DNA from: Hyphochytrium catenoides
Taxonomy: Eukaryota > Protista > Hyphochytriomycota
DNA length: 41,960 nt
Direction of reading: 5' to 3'
Assembly (NCBI GenBank): GCA_900088475.1
Contig: FLMG01000070.1
Location: forward strand, 1-41,960
In this document: positions 11,001 through 21,984 of the stretch, one piece after another
Position numbering within the stretch: the stretch's first letter is position 1
Layout of the letters: each line of letters begins with the position of its first letter
The notes under the pieces: generated by a model
Database searches by the model: none
Seen by the model: the letters and a program-made list of their open reading frames with translations, nothing else
What the model was told of the DNA's origin: nothing
Position numbers and translations under genes: made by a program

Positions 11001-12903
11001 ACACCAGGAAGATTCTAAATGCGGCTCGCGGTAAAGTACTTATTATTGACGAGGCCTATGGTCTCTACCCCGGGAAGGACAGTAGAGATCCTTATAAGAC
11101 AGGCGTTGTGGATGCGATTGTAGGCGAGGTACAGAACGTTCCTGGAGAAGATCGCTGTGTTCTGATGCTAGGCTATGAAACGCAGATGCGCGAGTTCTTG
11201 CAAAACGCAAATCCTGGCTTGGCGCGGCGCTTTCCTCTTGAAAAAGCCTTTTACTTTGACGACTATACAAGGGACGAGCTCTTTCAGATACTACTGATGA
11301 AGGCCAAAAAGAACGGTTATTGCTTGTCGATGGATGCTGCATTGGCAGCAGTTGACGTGCTGGAGAAGGAGAAGCGGCGACCCAACTTTGGCAATGGCGG
11401 CGCGGTCTCTTCTTTGCTTAGTAGAGCTGAGCTTCAGATGCAAGCAAGACTGAAGCATTTATCCGCAGCGGAAAGAGTTAAGCTACGGAACCTCGAGCCC
11501 GAAGACTTTAGCCCCAGCGATGGGCACACAGGAGACTTCAGCCTTACGGATCTCTTCGCTGATATGGTCGGATGTGAGACCTATATCAATATCTTTGAGG
11601 AGTACTTCCATCTCGCGGAGTTTAATAAAAAAAAGGGCGAAGATCCTTTTAAGGGTATTCCAATGACCTTCCGTTTTGAGGGCTCACCCGGGACAGGGAA
11701 GACGACAATCGGTCGAAGAATGGGAGAGCTCTTCTATAACCTTGGACTCTTAGCAAGTGATAACATCATTGAAGTCTCCGCGTCCGACCTAATTGCCCCT
11801 TACGTTGGTCAGACGGCACCGAAGACAGTGGACGTTATGAAGAGCGTGCTTGGGGCTGTTCTGTTCATTGATGAGGCATATCGTCTCGGTCGCAGTGGGA
11901 CCTTTGGTGTCGAAGCCATGGAAGAGCTTCTTAAACAGTTGACATCGATAGAGTTTGAAAGGAAGGTCGTCGTTATTTTGGCTGGCTACAAGCGGGAGAT
12001 TGACGCTCTGATAGACATCAACCCGGGCTTAGCCAGGCGTTTCGCTACCGTCGTCACCTTCCAAGACCTAACCCCGGAACAGTGTGTTGACGTGTTGGTG
12101 AAGAAGCTTGCAATGGAAGGTTACTCTGTTTGCGATCTGGATGAATCCAGCCTTATTCCTCTTTTTGAAGATCTGAGTACCCGCACCAGGAACTGGGGCA
12201 ACGCTGGCGACGTAAAGACGCTTGCAGAGGAGATTATCAAGTGCGCTGTGGCTGATATAATGAAACGAGAGGTACCCATTGACTTTGGTGTAGTGATCCC
12301 CATCCCTATGGCGACGGTTATGAAGTGTCTTCAGAGTCTACGTACCAGAAGAATGGAGCAGACCTTATCAGCAGAACTCAGGCTCTTAAGTAGTGGCAGC
12401 AGCGATTCTCACAAAGAACTGCCAGCTACACTGCAGCCGCCACATTGTTCTCAGATGACCACTACAACGAGAGTTAACGAAAGAGATCAGGCGACCGAAG
12501 CAGAAGAGAAAAGGAAGTTTGTAAATGTGATGGTCCAAATGTCCCCGGTAGAGATCCTGGAGTGTCAGATCAAGATTGGGAGAATTTACAGCGCTGCAAA
12601 CGCGAGGCCGAGAGAGAAGCACGCAAGCAACAAGAGCTAGAAGATCAGTTGAGAGAAGAACAATTAAAGCTTAAGCGGGCACTTGAGGAACAGCGGCAGA
12701 GAGAAGCTGAAGAAGCCAGAAAGAAGATGGAAGAGCTTCAAAGGCTCATTGAGGAAGCCAAACGGAAGGCCATGGAGGAAGAACGACGCCAAGCGAAGCT
12801 TCGATCAATGGGCGTTTGTGAAGCTGGTTACAGGTGGATCAACATAGGCGGTATGACCTATCGGTGCTCTGCTGGTGGCCACACTGTGACTCTGCCGAAC
12901 TGA
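8068..12903 (+). pseudogene. Armadillo repeats + triple CbbX/SpoVK-like AAA+ ATPase + coiled coil + Cys/His tail (interrupted fusion gene)
   Basis: ARM ORFs 8020-8430 and 8482-9156 share a frame across a single TAA (8428-8430, TLWNL*LDNN). A +1 shift at about 9148-9153 (ELQAQL/NEQDLKLEAE) leads into three AAA domains with GNPGTGKTT, GNPGTGKTT and GSPGTGKTT, IDEAY x3 and N.GL..RF x3. A -1 shift at about 12510 leads into RDPGVSDQDWENLQ...KLRSMGVCEAGYRWI...YRCSAGGH. Confidence 0.8.
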
Positions 12904-13589
12904 AACGGCAACGCTTTGCGGCCTAACGTCTGGAGCGTTGTCCATTCAAATTCCTCACTAACTCCAGGACATATGACAATAGTAGCTTGTGCTCGCCCGC
13001 CTGTGTGCTTGAGCTCACTCTCAATCTGCCCTAAATAACAAGCGCTCGATGATAATGCTTGAATGGTACACTTCCATGAGCTCTCGTAATGCATAACCTG
13101 AGGATCTGTAAGTGAGGATCATTAAGCTCTCGATCCTTCGTTCGTCGCCCACTGAAGCAAAGGTTTCGCTGCTGGAACCTTGGATTGTCGCAAGGACTGC
13201 AGCTTTTATTACTTGCCGTCGCTACGGTTTTCCATGAGAATGGTGCCGCTGTCGTTGAAGCAAAGTTAGAATGGAAGCTAAACTTGGGACGATCAAAGAA
13301 TCGGCTGTACTGGTGAGAATCGGTATGAAATGATGGTAGTGCGACGAGCGCAACTCATTGCACTGAAGTAACTCTACAAACCTAGTTCCCATATCAGCAG
13401 TAACGATGTAACAAAAACCTTGCATTGCTCTGCCCAATCATTCGAGTCCCAGGATGACCAAGCTACCGGCGCGATAATTAGCGTCAGGATAGACGATGAG
13501 ACCTTCGAACTGTCGATACCATGAGCTCATTGGTGGAACAAAGTAGTTAAGGATAACGTTTTGAAGTTATCAGGAGCCTTTGACGTTAA

Positions 13590-16275
13590 CTATCTCTTAG
13601 CGTACTCTAAGTATACGGCGCCATCGAAATTACCATTGGTAGTACCTCTAAGGTTAGTGCAACTAAGGTTAGCCCCTATGAAAATGACGCTGTCGAGCTG
13701 GCTGCCACTGAGGTTGCTATCACTGAGGTTACTACCACTGAGGTTGCTGCCGGTGAGGTTGCTGCCGGTGAGGTTGCTGCCACGCAGGTCTCTATTGGAG
13801 AGATCAACATTAGACAAGTTCACATTTGACAGATTGCTTGGCAGCTTGGCTCCAGAGAGGTTGCTACCCCTGAGGTTGCTGCCAATGAGATAGCTGTCGC
13901 TGAGGTCTCTATTGGAGAGATCAACATTAGACAAGTTCACATTTGACAGATTGCTTGGCAGCTTGGCTCGAGTGAGGTTGCTACCACTGAGGTTGCTGCA
14001 GATGAGGTTGCTTTCAATGAGGTAGCTGCCGCTGAGGTCTCTATTGGAGAGATCAACACCAGATAGGTTCACCTTATACAGATTGCTTGGCAGCCTGGCT
14101 CCAGTGAGGTTGCTGCGGCTGAGGTTGCTGCCATTGAGGTTGCTGCCACTGAGGTCTCTATGGGAGAGGTCAACATTAGACAAGTTCACATTTGACAGAT
14201 TGCTTGGCAGCTTGGCTCCAGTGAGGTTGCTACCACTGAGGTTGCTGCCACTGAGGTCTTTATTGGAGAGATCAATATTAGACAAGTGCACATTTGACAG
14301 ATTGCTTGGCAGCGTGACACCAGTGAGGTTGCTACCACTGAGGTTGCTGCCAATGAGGTTGCTGCCACGGAGGTCTCTATCGGAGAGATCAACATTAGAC
14401 AAGTTCACATCTGACAGATTGCTTGGCAGCTGGGCTCCAGTGAGGTTGCTACCACTGAGGTTGCTGCCGGTGAGGGTGCTGCCGGTGAGGTTGCTACCAC
14501 TGAGGTCACTATTGGAGAGATCAACATTAGACAAGTTCACATCTGACAGATTGCTTGGCAGCTTGGTTCCAGTGAGGTTGCTACCACTGAGGTTGCTGCC
14601 AATGAGGTAGCTGCCGCTGAGGTCTCTATTGGAGAGATCAACATTAGACAAGTTCACATTTGACAGATTGCTTGGCAGCTTGACTCCAGTGAGGTTGCTA
14701 CCACTGAGGTTGCTGCCGGTGAGGTTGCTGCCGCTGAAGTCTCTATCGGAGAGATCAACATCAGATAAGTTCACATTTGACAGATTGCTTGGCAGCTTGG
14801 CTCCAGTGAGGTTGCTACCACTGAGGTTGCTGCCACTGAGGTAGCTGCCGCTGAAGTCTCTACTGGAGAGATCAACACCAGATAGGTTCACCTCATACAG
14901 ATTACTCGGCAGCTTGGCTCCAGTGAGGTTGCTGCGGCTGAGGTTGCTGCCAGTGAAATCCACGTGCGAGAGGTTTGTAGAAACCAGTTTGCTATCAGAG
15001 AGATCCACGTTCTTGAAACTAGAAGCACCAGTGAACATGGAACCAGAGAGATCAGAGTTGCTAAAATGTGAGTCGCTATAGTCCCCACTGGGGAAGTATA
15101 GTCCGGTCAATGTGCAGTTGCTCAGGGTCAAGTTTTGATATTGCCCTGTCGTGCCCTGCGGATGACGGCTCAGGATATCATAGAGCTGTTGCTGCGATAT
15201 GAAGACTCGTGACAGTGCTGGCGACGAGAATTTCCTTGATCTTCGAGGACTTCGTTGAAGTGAAGCAACACCAAGATCTTTGAGGATTTCTTCAATCATG
15301 AAATGCTTTGCCTCAGTAACGATCTCATCTCTTGTCACTTTATGCAGCCGACCACACTCCTCCAACGATTGCAGTTGACCACCGGAACGAAGATACTTTA
15401 GAATGATCCGAAAAGCTTCCGGGTCGCGATCTAGAAAGTACTCTCCATTTTCATCTGGCTTAAGCAAGCCCTGACCAAGAAGAGAAAAAAGAGAATCTGG
15501 AGAAGAGAGAAGCGTCTTCTTGGTAGTATAAAAGCGCTCTCCACCAACATTAAGCGTGATGCGATCCGTCACAGATGTCAATCCTTCCCTCAATCGCTCC
15601 TCTTTCTTTTTGATGACTCCTTCCTTGGCTTCTAGATCGACGAGCCTGTTGGCGAGTTCTTTCTCTAGGTCACTCTTCCGCTTTCTCTCGTATTCTATAA
15701 GCTCATTGCAGAATGTCGTATGGCGTTCAAGGTATTCTCTTCTGCCAACCCACGCACATTGTTGGCACCTTACGTTTACACCACCGCAGGTTGCAGCGTG
15801 GGAGTCATTGTCTGCAATCGCAGTCTTCTCTCCACACTGTAGAACAGTACCGTGGACAACTCAGCACGTGCGTCTTGAGCTGCCTTCTTTCTACCTTGCA
15901 TTTGTTTATCGGGCAGTATACCTTGAGTGAGTTTAGGGCGTCCGCGAAGTATGGGGGAACCGCAGCGAAGGAAGCGGGATCCACCCTGCCAGTGCAGCGA
16001 TTGGGACAGCTACTGCTGTCATCCTGGCCTAGCCACCCCGTGATACACTTTCTGCAGTAAGTATGGCCGCAGTGTGCGAGAAGAACTGGGTCTTCCTTAA
16101 CGTCATGGCATATGGAGCAAATATAGTCCGGGGAAAGACTCTCGACGTTGTCCACATACTCATAGGAGTTGTCCACATTCGCCAATTCTGCCGCCGCGGA
16201 TGTCAAGACTGTCTCCGTTGGTTGCGGTGCAACTGTTTCTGCTGCGGAAGCCTGAGGAGGCGTGGTGGTGACCAT
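13590..16275 (-). pseudogene. RING + TRAF-type zinc fingers + coiled coil + BTB/POZ (KCTD type) + pentapeptide repeats, with a single frameshift
   Basis: RING CSIC..CGHTYCRKC..CPNRC is followed by LKVYCP..H..SCP. A shift at about 15843 gives LQCGEK..H..TCGGVNVRCQQCAWVGRREYLERHTTFC, then a coiled coil that is open into ITLNVGGERFYTT..YFLDRDPEAFRIILKYLRSG and the pentapeptide array. Confidence 0.8.
13690..15010 (-). repeat. Coding tandem array: 15-bp pentapeptide units inside about 117-bp higher-order units
   Basis: Ten LPSN-punctuated units of 34-44 aa (e.g. LPSN LSNVN LSNVD LSNRD LSGSY LIGSN LSGSN LTGTK), nearly identical at DNA level. Confidence 0.95.
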
Positions 16276-16652
16276 ATTGCTCTTTGTCTGAAGACAGATT
16301 CCGGGGGCACGGAAAGTTGCGAAATGAGAGCGGTGAAGCAGACTGCACTTCCTGTCTTTGCTTGCTGGCAGGCTGTCTTCTCACTTCTCTCTTGCTGGCC
16401 GAAACGGCCAGAAATCCGTTAACACCTATTTTGGAGATGCTATCTCAGTCTTTCTATAGATCAAACAAAGGATTGTGAATATGTTGATGCACGCAGGAAA
16501 AAAGCGCACATTCTTGCGCCCCAGCCCTGCTCGCCCCACCCCTTCCCTGCTCCCCTTTCAATTGCAAACCTTTGAACCAGCAAACCAAGCCTTGCAAACA
16601 GAAAAGCAAACATGGAAAAATGTGCGCTCCCATGTGCGTGCATTGCATATGA

Positions 16653-16821
16653 TGGGCTAAGAAGGGATCTTGGTTCGGCGAGAGAAAGTTGCATCTTTAC
16701 AGTTGAGTACGTCTCACGACTCGGTAGCGAATGAGTGCACCTAGGGATCATACAGGAAAGCGCTTCAAATGGATGGACTGAATGCCTCTTTTACTCTCTG
16801 TAGGCAAGCAGCGTACGGTCT
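16653..16821 (+). repeat. Direct repeat copy A (169 bp)
   Basis: Matches 18590-18761 with about 10 substitutions and a 3-nt indel (manual alignment). Confidence 0.95.
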
Positions 16822-16842
16822 CGGGCATGCCATCGTACCTTC

Positions 16843-17806
16843 ATGAGGTCACTTAGCTCATTCAGGGACTTTCCTCTTGAAGATAAAGTCATCTGCAATA
16901 ATAACTCTCAAGAAGTAGCAAGACAGGAGGCTCGTCGACCTTCTCTACTCATTGTTGCTGCTAAAGTTGCTGCTATTGTTCTTGGTGGTGGTATTGTGCA
17001 GCATGACTTATTCAAGCTTGTTTGCAGTACAAGTACTGCTGTTCATGGTGACACTTTCTTGGAATGCCTTTGTTGGAAGCTTCACAATGGCTCAGACAGC
17101 ATATATCCTGAATGATACTGAGGTTGTATGGCTGGAAAATCAACTTAACGAGATAAGAAGCAAGTATGCGAAGATGGACCACAACATTGCCCAAGATCCG
17201 CCAATAGATCCATTTGCCCAGATCTAATCAAGGACTTCCAAAGCCGAGACTCAACTCTGTAACGGTGTATTTTACAAGCCAGGGTACATCACCACGGCGG
17301 CACATTGCCTGTACAATGACTACGACAAGAATGGTCTCCACACAGGTAGCTACGAATGGGCTGAGACATTAACAATCTTCATATTTCGCGATTATAAGTA
17401 CATTGCTCAAGAGGTATCAACCAAATCTTATGTCATCACCCACGATTATGCGTGCACCCACGACATGTCTAAAGACTTAGCTGTTATAACGGTTTCAGAC
17501 CATGTCCCGAATGTGAAAAATATTGGCGGCATGGTCAAAGGTTGCGGGTCCACAGGAAAGCTAGTTACTGCGTGGCCAACCCAGGCAGACCTCAAAAGCT
17601 ATACGAGATCTATTATCACCAATACACCTATGGTACGATGGGCAGAGACTTTCACGGCTAGTGGGATGAGTGGATCTGCTGTCCTTACCACTGACGACCG
17701 CTTGTGTGGCATTCATCAAGGCGTTGATAGGACATCCGTCTCGGTGTCTTTCGCGGCGATCGGATTTTCTGATGAGACAAGGAAGTATTACAGCGAAGAG
17801 TGCTAG
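16843..17806 (+). pseudogene. Membrane-anchored trypsin-like (PA clan) serine protease, disrupted
   Basis: Hydrophobic N-terminus, then an in-frame TAA at 17225-17227. The same frame continues CNGVFYKPGYITTAAHCLY (His 17303-17305), KDLAVI (Asp) and SGMSGSAV (Ser), then LCGIH. Probable additional frameshift near 16950. Confidence 0.8.
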
Positions 17807-18589
17807 AAGACTCTTGGCTAGAGTTGAAGGAGGAGTTCTAACCCTTTTTTCCCTTAGTAGTTAGATAGTGCATCTATTAGGGCCGGTCTAGAAGCTAACA
17901 GCTTTGTAATTTGAGACGAGGTCTTGTTACCGCACGTTCGTGAATTATAGAGAAAAGTGCAGATATGGGGACAACTGTTCTTCACTAGGGTCTGCTAAAG
18001 GATCTTCGACAGCTAGTAGTAGCTTGCAAAGATTGGTACTCGTACTCGTAGTATAAGAGTGAGCAGAAAGAAATTATCCATTCCATGAGCCTCACCGACT
18101 ATGCTAGCCGTCGATTCTTTCTGCTTGAGACAAGCATTGGGCCGTCCAGAGAGGGAGCTGTATGTCACTGAACCACAAGGAACGATGAGCGAGGACGACG
18201 CTCACTTCACGCGCTACTAGGAACTACTTCTCACACCTTACTTTTATCATGTTTGATCTACAGCTGAATGACGTTTTGAAGGACTTCTCTGTAGTGGCTC
18301 TACTTTCGATTGCGGAGGGTAATCCTTGGCGAGTGAAAGTATAGATCCATTAAAGGTCCTTTATTTTCGGGCGACCCCATCGATACGCAACAGCATCGGT
18401 TTATCAGTGCCTTTGTGACATCTACGGCGAGGCCGCGTTGGCGCTGCAGCACTAATGGTTTGGAAGAGGTGTGGAGTGTGGCAGTCAAGATTGTTCAACT
18501 CGACCCAGAACAGGAAGATTGATGAAGGACCTCGACCCTGATCTTTTCTGTGAGTTACCAATATCCAAGGACCCTAAGGATCAGGGACG

Positions 18590-18761
18590 TGGGCTAAGAA
18601 GAAGGGATCTTGGTTCGGCGAGAGAATGTTGCATCTTTACAGTTGAGTACGTTTCAAGACCTGATAGCGAATGAGTGCCCCTAGGGATCATACAGGAAAG
18701 CGCTTCAAACAAATGGACTGAATGCCTCTTTTACTCTCTGTAGGCAAGCAGCGTACGGTCT
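18590..18761 (+). repeat. Direct repeat copy B (172 bp)
   Basis: Matches 16653-16821 and lies at the right edge of the decayed block. Confidence 0.95.
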
Positions 18762-19047
18762 TGATGATGTGTATGCATGCCTCCACCCGCCGGCTTGGGC
18801 AGGGTAACGTCCCAAATTTCTTGGTGGGTCTCGAACTCTTCTGAAGCCCCTAAGCAGATGAGGGACGGCCAAATAACATTTTCACCGAGGATGGAAGGCA
18901 CTGAATTGTCATAGATTGGCCACCTAGCCCTAACTCTGAGTCGATTGCTAATAGACGCTTCTCTATGCTACTGGGGCTAAATCAAAGAGCATAGGCAAAC
19001 CCGTACCTCTGACAGAAAGTCAACTCCCCTATAATCTTAGCTTCTAT

Positions 19048-21184
19048 TCAATAGTAGTGAGCTCTGCCTGCTGCTGCAAGCTCTCGCCTCTTCAGCTCTA
19101 GGGCAGTAAGAAGGGAATCCGCTGGAAACGCTCTAACTACATCCTCAGAGGCTGATGGTGCACCATGGCCCTGCTCTGACTTCAGTATGTGGAGGTCCGA
19201 AATGTCCTCACGATTGATCTCTATACTGCTGCTCTGGTCCACGGCGGGCCAGTCTGAGGGTGACTCAAGAAGTTTTCTAGAAGATGCAAAACAACGTCAG
19301 TGTGTGCAAATAAGCTCATCCACACAGGCATGGTTTACTCACCTGTCCGTACTCGCTCCACTGTATTCTTGAACTAGCAGCATGTCCTGTCTCACCTCTC
19401 GCACAGTCACTACTCTATAGTCCGACAAGACAGGTTGCCATGTGTCCTCACATAATGTCATCGTCCGGAGCGCTAGTACATCGCCCTTCGAGAATTGGAA
19501 CTTGGTAGGGTCTGAGGTTGGCAATTGTTGGCAGAAGCTGCCTAGGGTTTGACTCTGAGTAGCCGTAGAGCTAGCACCGTTTGGGTCGAGATTCTCTCTT
19601 CCAGGCGTTCCGTGGATAGAAGCAATAACCTCATAAGGTCGTTTTGTCCTCTCTGTCACCACTTCCTCTTCTTCTGTCAGCCCGAGGTCATCCGTAGTGA
19701 TGTCATGCGCGCTTGCAGCAGCTTGAGCGCTCGCAACAGCAGGCACGCCTTTGCCAAAAACACTATCGGGATGCAGTTGTTGCCAATGAGGGGTGGTTAG
19801 GTGCTTTCCACGCCCTAGCGGCCGGAGGTGCTCTGGACGTTATTGCCACGAAGAGGAAATTAGCGCTTTGCCAACCCCGCCTGTGGGCTCGTATTCCTAC
19901 CTGCCACCTTGCCCATCCTCTCCGACGAAGCTTCAGCACCTCTTGTTGGGTTTCTTCTCCGCCTCCTCTGCCGACGTGGCTTATCTCCCATTGTAACTGG
20001 CTCTTTGTCTAAAAACATCGCGTTAGCAGTAGGTGGTAGGTCGCCACCTGAATGGTACCCCACCTAGTGGCCCTTGTTGACTCTGACTTTCGATGGCTGC
20101 TAAATGGAATGGCTTCCTTATGTTCCATGCATCTTTTTGTCCTGAAGGATGACATCAACCTCGGGGGGTTGTAGACGCTGTTAGGCTGATTACACTTACC
20201 CTTGACAACCTTGACAGGTGCAGCTTCATCACCTTCGTAGTCAAAGCGCACATGCCCACCAGCTGCTGCCTTTCCGTCTATCGTAGCTCGCTTGAGGCTC
20301 GGCCCCTGATTAGACGAGTGGCCCATACATTTGGTTGCCGCCGTAACTGAAGTCACTGGGACTGACGAAGCAGCTGCCCTTGCATTCCTGTGACCTCCAT
20401 TTTCACCAGTCTGCTCTCCAGACTCGGAATCAGAAGACGAAGACGAGGAGGAAGAGGGTGAAGATGATGGGGCAGATGACGAGCTAGATGATTCTTGTAC
20501 CGACACCTTTAAAGCACCGGGCTTCAGTGGTTTCTCTCCTTTTGTCACAACCTCATTCTCACTCTCTGATGAGCTGGACGAGGAAGAGGTTTGGGAAGCG
20601 CATGCTGACGAGGAAGAAGAGGAGGACGAAGAGGAGGAACGTTTCCGTAGTGGCTTGATGGTTGATCGTACTCTTGGCCCAAGAAAGCTCTCATGAGTCA
20701 ATTCAACCCTTGAAACGGCCGTATCATCTGCACACGGAGAGAGGATTGGATTCTGAGAAGAGAGTACTTTCTCCCCTCCGGCGATAGTTTTGGCTCTTGA
20801 GTGTTCAATGGATAGCCCAAGCGAATTGTCTAAATCAGAAGCAACCCTAGTGGCCTGGTCGGTAACCCTTATTAGGTCACCATCACGCAGCACTTCAATG
20901 CTCTCTTCTACTGGGAGCTCGAAGCCTTCCAGCCAAAGGCGTATTCCGCGACTATTACCCCCGTTCCGGCGCCTGAGGGAAAACTTATCGACCAGGTAGT
21001 GACTCAGGTCCGAGATGAACCTGAGTTCCCGAGGCACGAGGATGACGAAGCGGTTGTTTTCCACATTCTGTATGCCATCTTTGCCGTCATGTCTTCGGCG
21101 CTTTCTGGAGGGCCTTCCATCACTATTCAGCTTTTGGGAAAACAAAGAAGGATCAAGACAGATCTTCAGCCTGGAACCCATCAT
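19048..21184 (-). CDS. COIL: Coilin-like Cajal body protein (multi-exon)
   Basis: N-terminal coilin domain (FISDLSHYLVDKFSL..LWLEGFELP..ESIEVLRDGDLIRV), Ser-rich linker, GHVRFD motif and C-terminal Tudor-like domain (KGDVLALRTMTL..WQPVLSDYR..; EINREDISDLHIL). Central exon junctions not fully resolved. Confidence 0.75.
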
Positions 21185-21984
21185 AGCTGCCCCATGCCAA
21201 TGCCGCGTTTAGAGCTCCCTCAAGTGTAAAGCGCTGCCTTGAAGCCCAGGTATTTACCATGAAGCCAAGTTTGCCCAGGCAGCATCAACAAGCACCCCAG
21301 ACCTCCTCATGCAAGACCTTGGCATGCGATGACCGATGACCGGTCTTCAGAAAAGAAGCTGGTGGTTGACTTCTCCTCTTCCATCACCGCTAATCACCCA
21401 GAAAATCAAGTGCTGTGATAACTACCTCGTATGCCAACAAATTTCCAAATTGTAATATGTTCAATCAGGGTTCCTAACTACAGAGTTGCTGCTTTGAAAC
21501 TGTAATGTTCACTCTGAAACACTTTCTTGCTCCAACTTTTCATTTTTGGCGGGAGGACTGGTTTTCTGAATCTCGAGAATGTCTGTTCCATCTCTAATTG
21601 AGAGCTGCGATCGCCGATCAGCAGCATGAAGCGCAGCTGACCAACGCAAGTGTGCCCCATCTTCGAAGCTTCAGACCTGAAGGCTAGACACCGGCACGTT
21701 GAGCAATGGGCATGTTTCTAGGAACGCAATGCTTTAAGCAGGGCTAATTTTGCCTTGACCAGGGTCTATATCTCGAGATCGTCCCAACCATACCAACCTA
21801 GGGCATTCACTGAGAGTTTGGGCGAATCAGGGACCTTACCATAGCAAAGTCTGAAGTATCAGAACGGCATCCAACCTATTCGCAGATAGTGTTATCGCTA
21901 CCTAGAGCTTCATTTGTGGCGTTCCGTTCCATCTAAAGCTTGAAGCTGAGGGTCTATGCTCTGACTGACCCTGTGAACAAGGGA

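Larger units (their letters stand above)
1..18761. mobile_element. Decaying accessory island (possible endogenous giant-virus or large-transposon cargo remnant); left boundary outside the window
   Basis: Run of mostly intron-less, unrelated genes and gene fragments with frameshifts and nonsense codons, NCLDV-like GIY-YIG and ankyrin-like genes, a Ulp1 protease and local duplications. Abrupt change to intact intron-rich host genes after about 18.8 kb. No hallmark mobility gene seen. Confidence 0.4.

Noticed and set aside
9149-12640. Rubisco activase CbbX or sporulation protein SpoVK orthologue
   Set aside because: Three tandem AAA domains with long N- and C-terminal extensions. The similarity is only at AAA subfamily level.
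13561-14844. Plus-strand ORFs with RLLP repeats
   Set aside because: Antisense shadow of the pentapeptide array, broken by stops wherever Tyr codons occur on the coding strand.
13690-15010. CRISPR-like array
   Set aside because: Repeats are contiguous, codon-phased and have no unique spacers. The context is eukaryotic and there are no cas genes.
15837-15850. Tiny GT-AG introns explaining frameshifts (GTACTGTTCTACAG here; similar at 3978-3996)
   Set aside because: Removing them does not give the reading frame needed for the downstream domain.
8428-17227. Alternative genetic code (TAA reassigned), suggested by in-frame TAA at 8428 and 17225
   Set aside because: The same genes also carry frameshifts, long exons elsewhere contain no internal TAA, and the anoctamin frame ends on TAA. 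Point mutation (e.g. TCA to TAA in the ARM consensus NLS) is simpler.
16653-18761. Autonomous LTR retrotransposon
   Set aside because: No gag, RT, RNase H or integrase. The protease is serine-type rather than aspartic, and there is no TG...CA pair.
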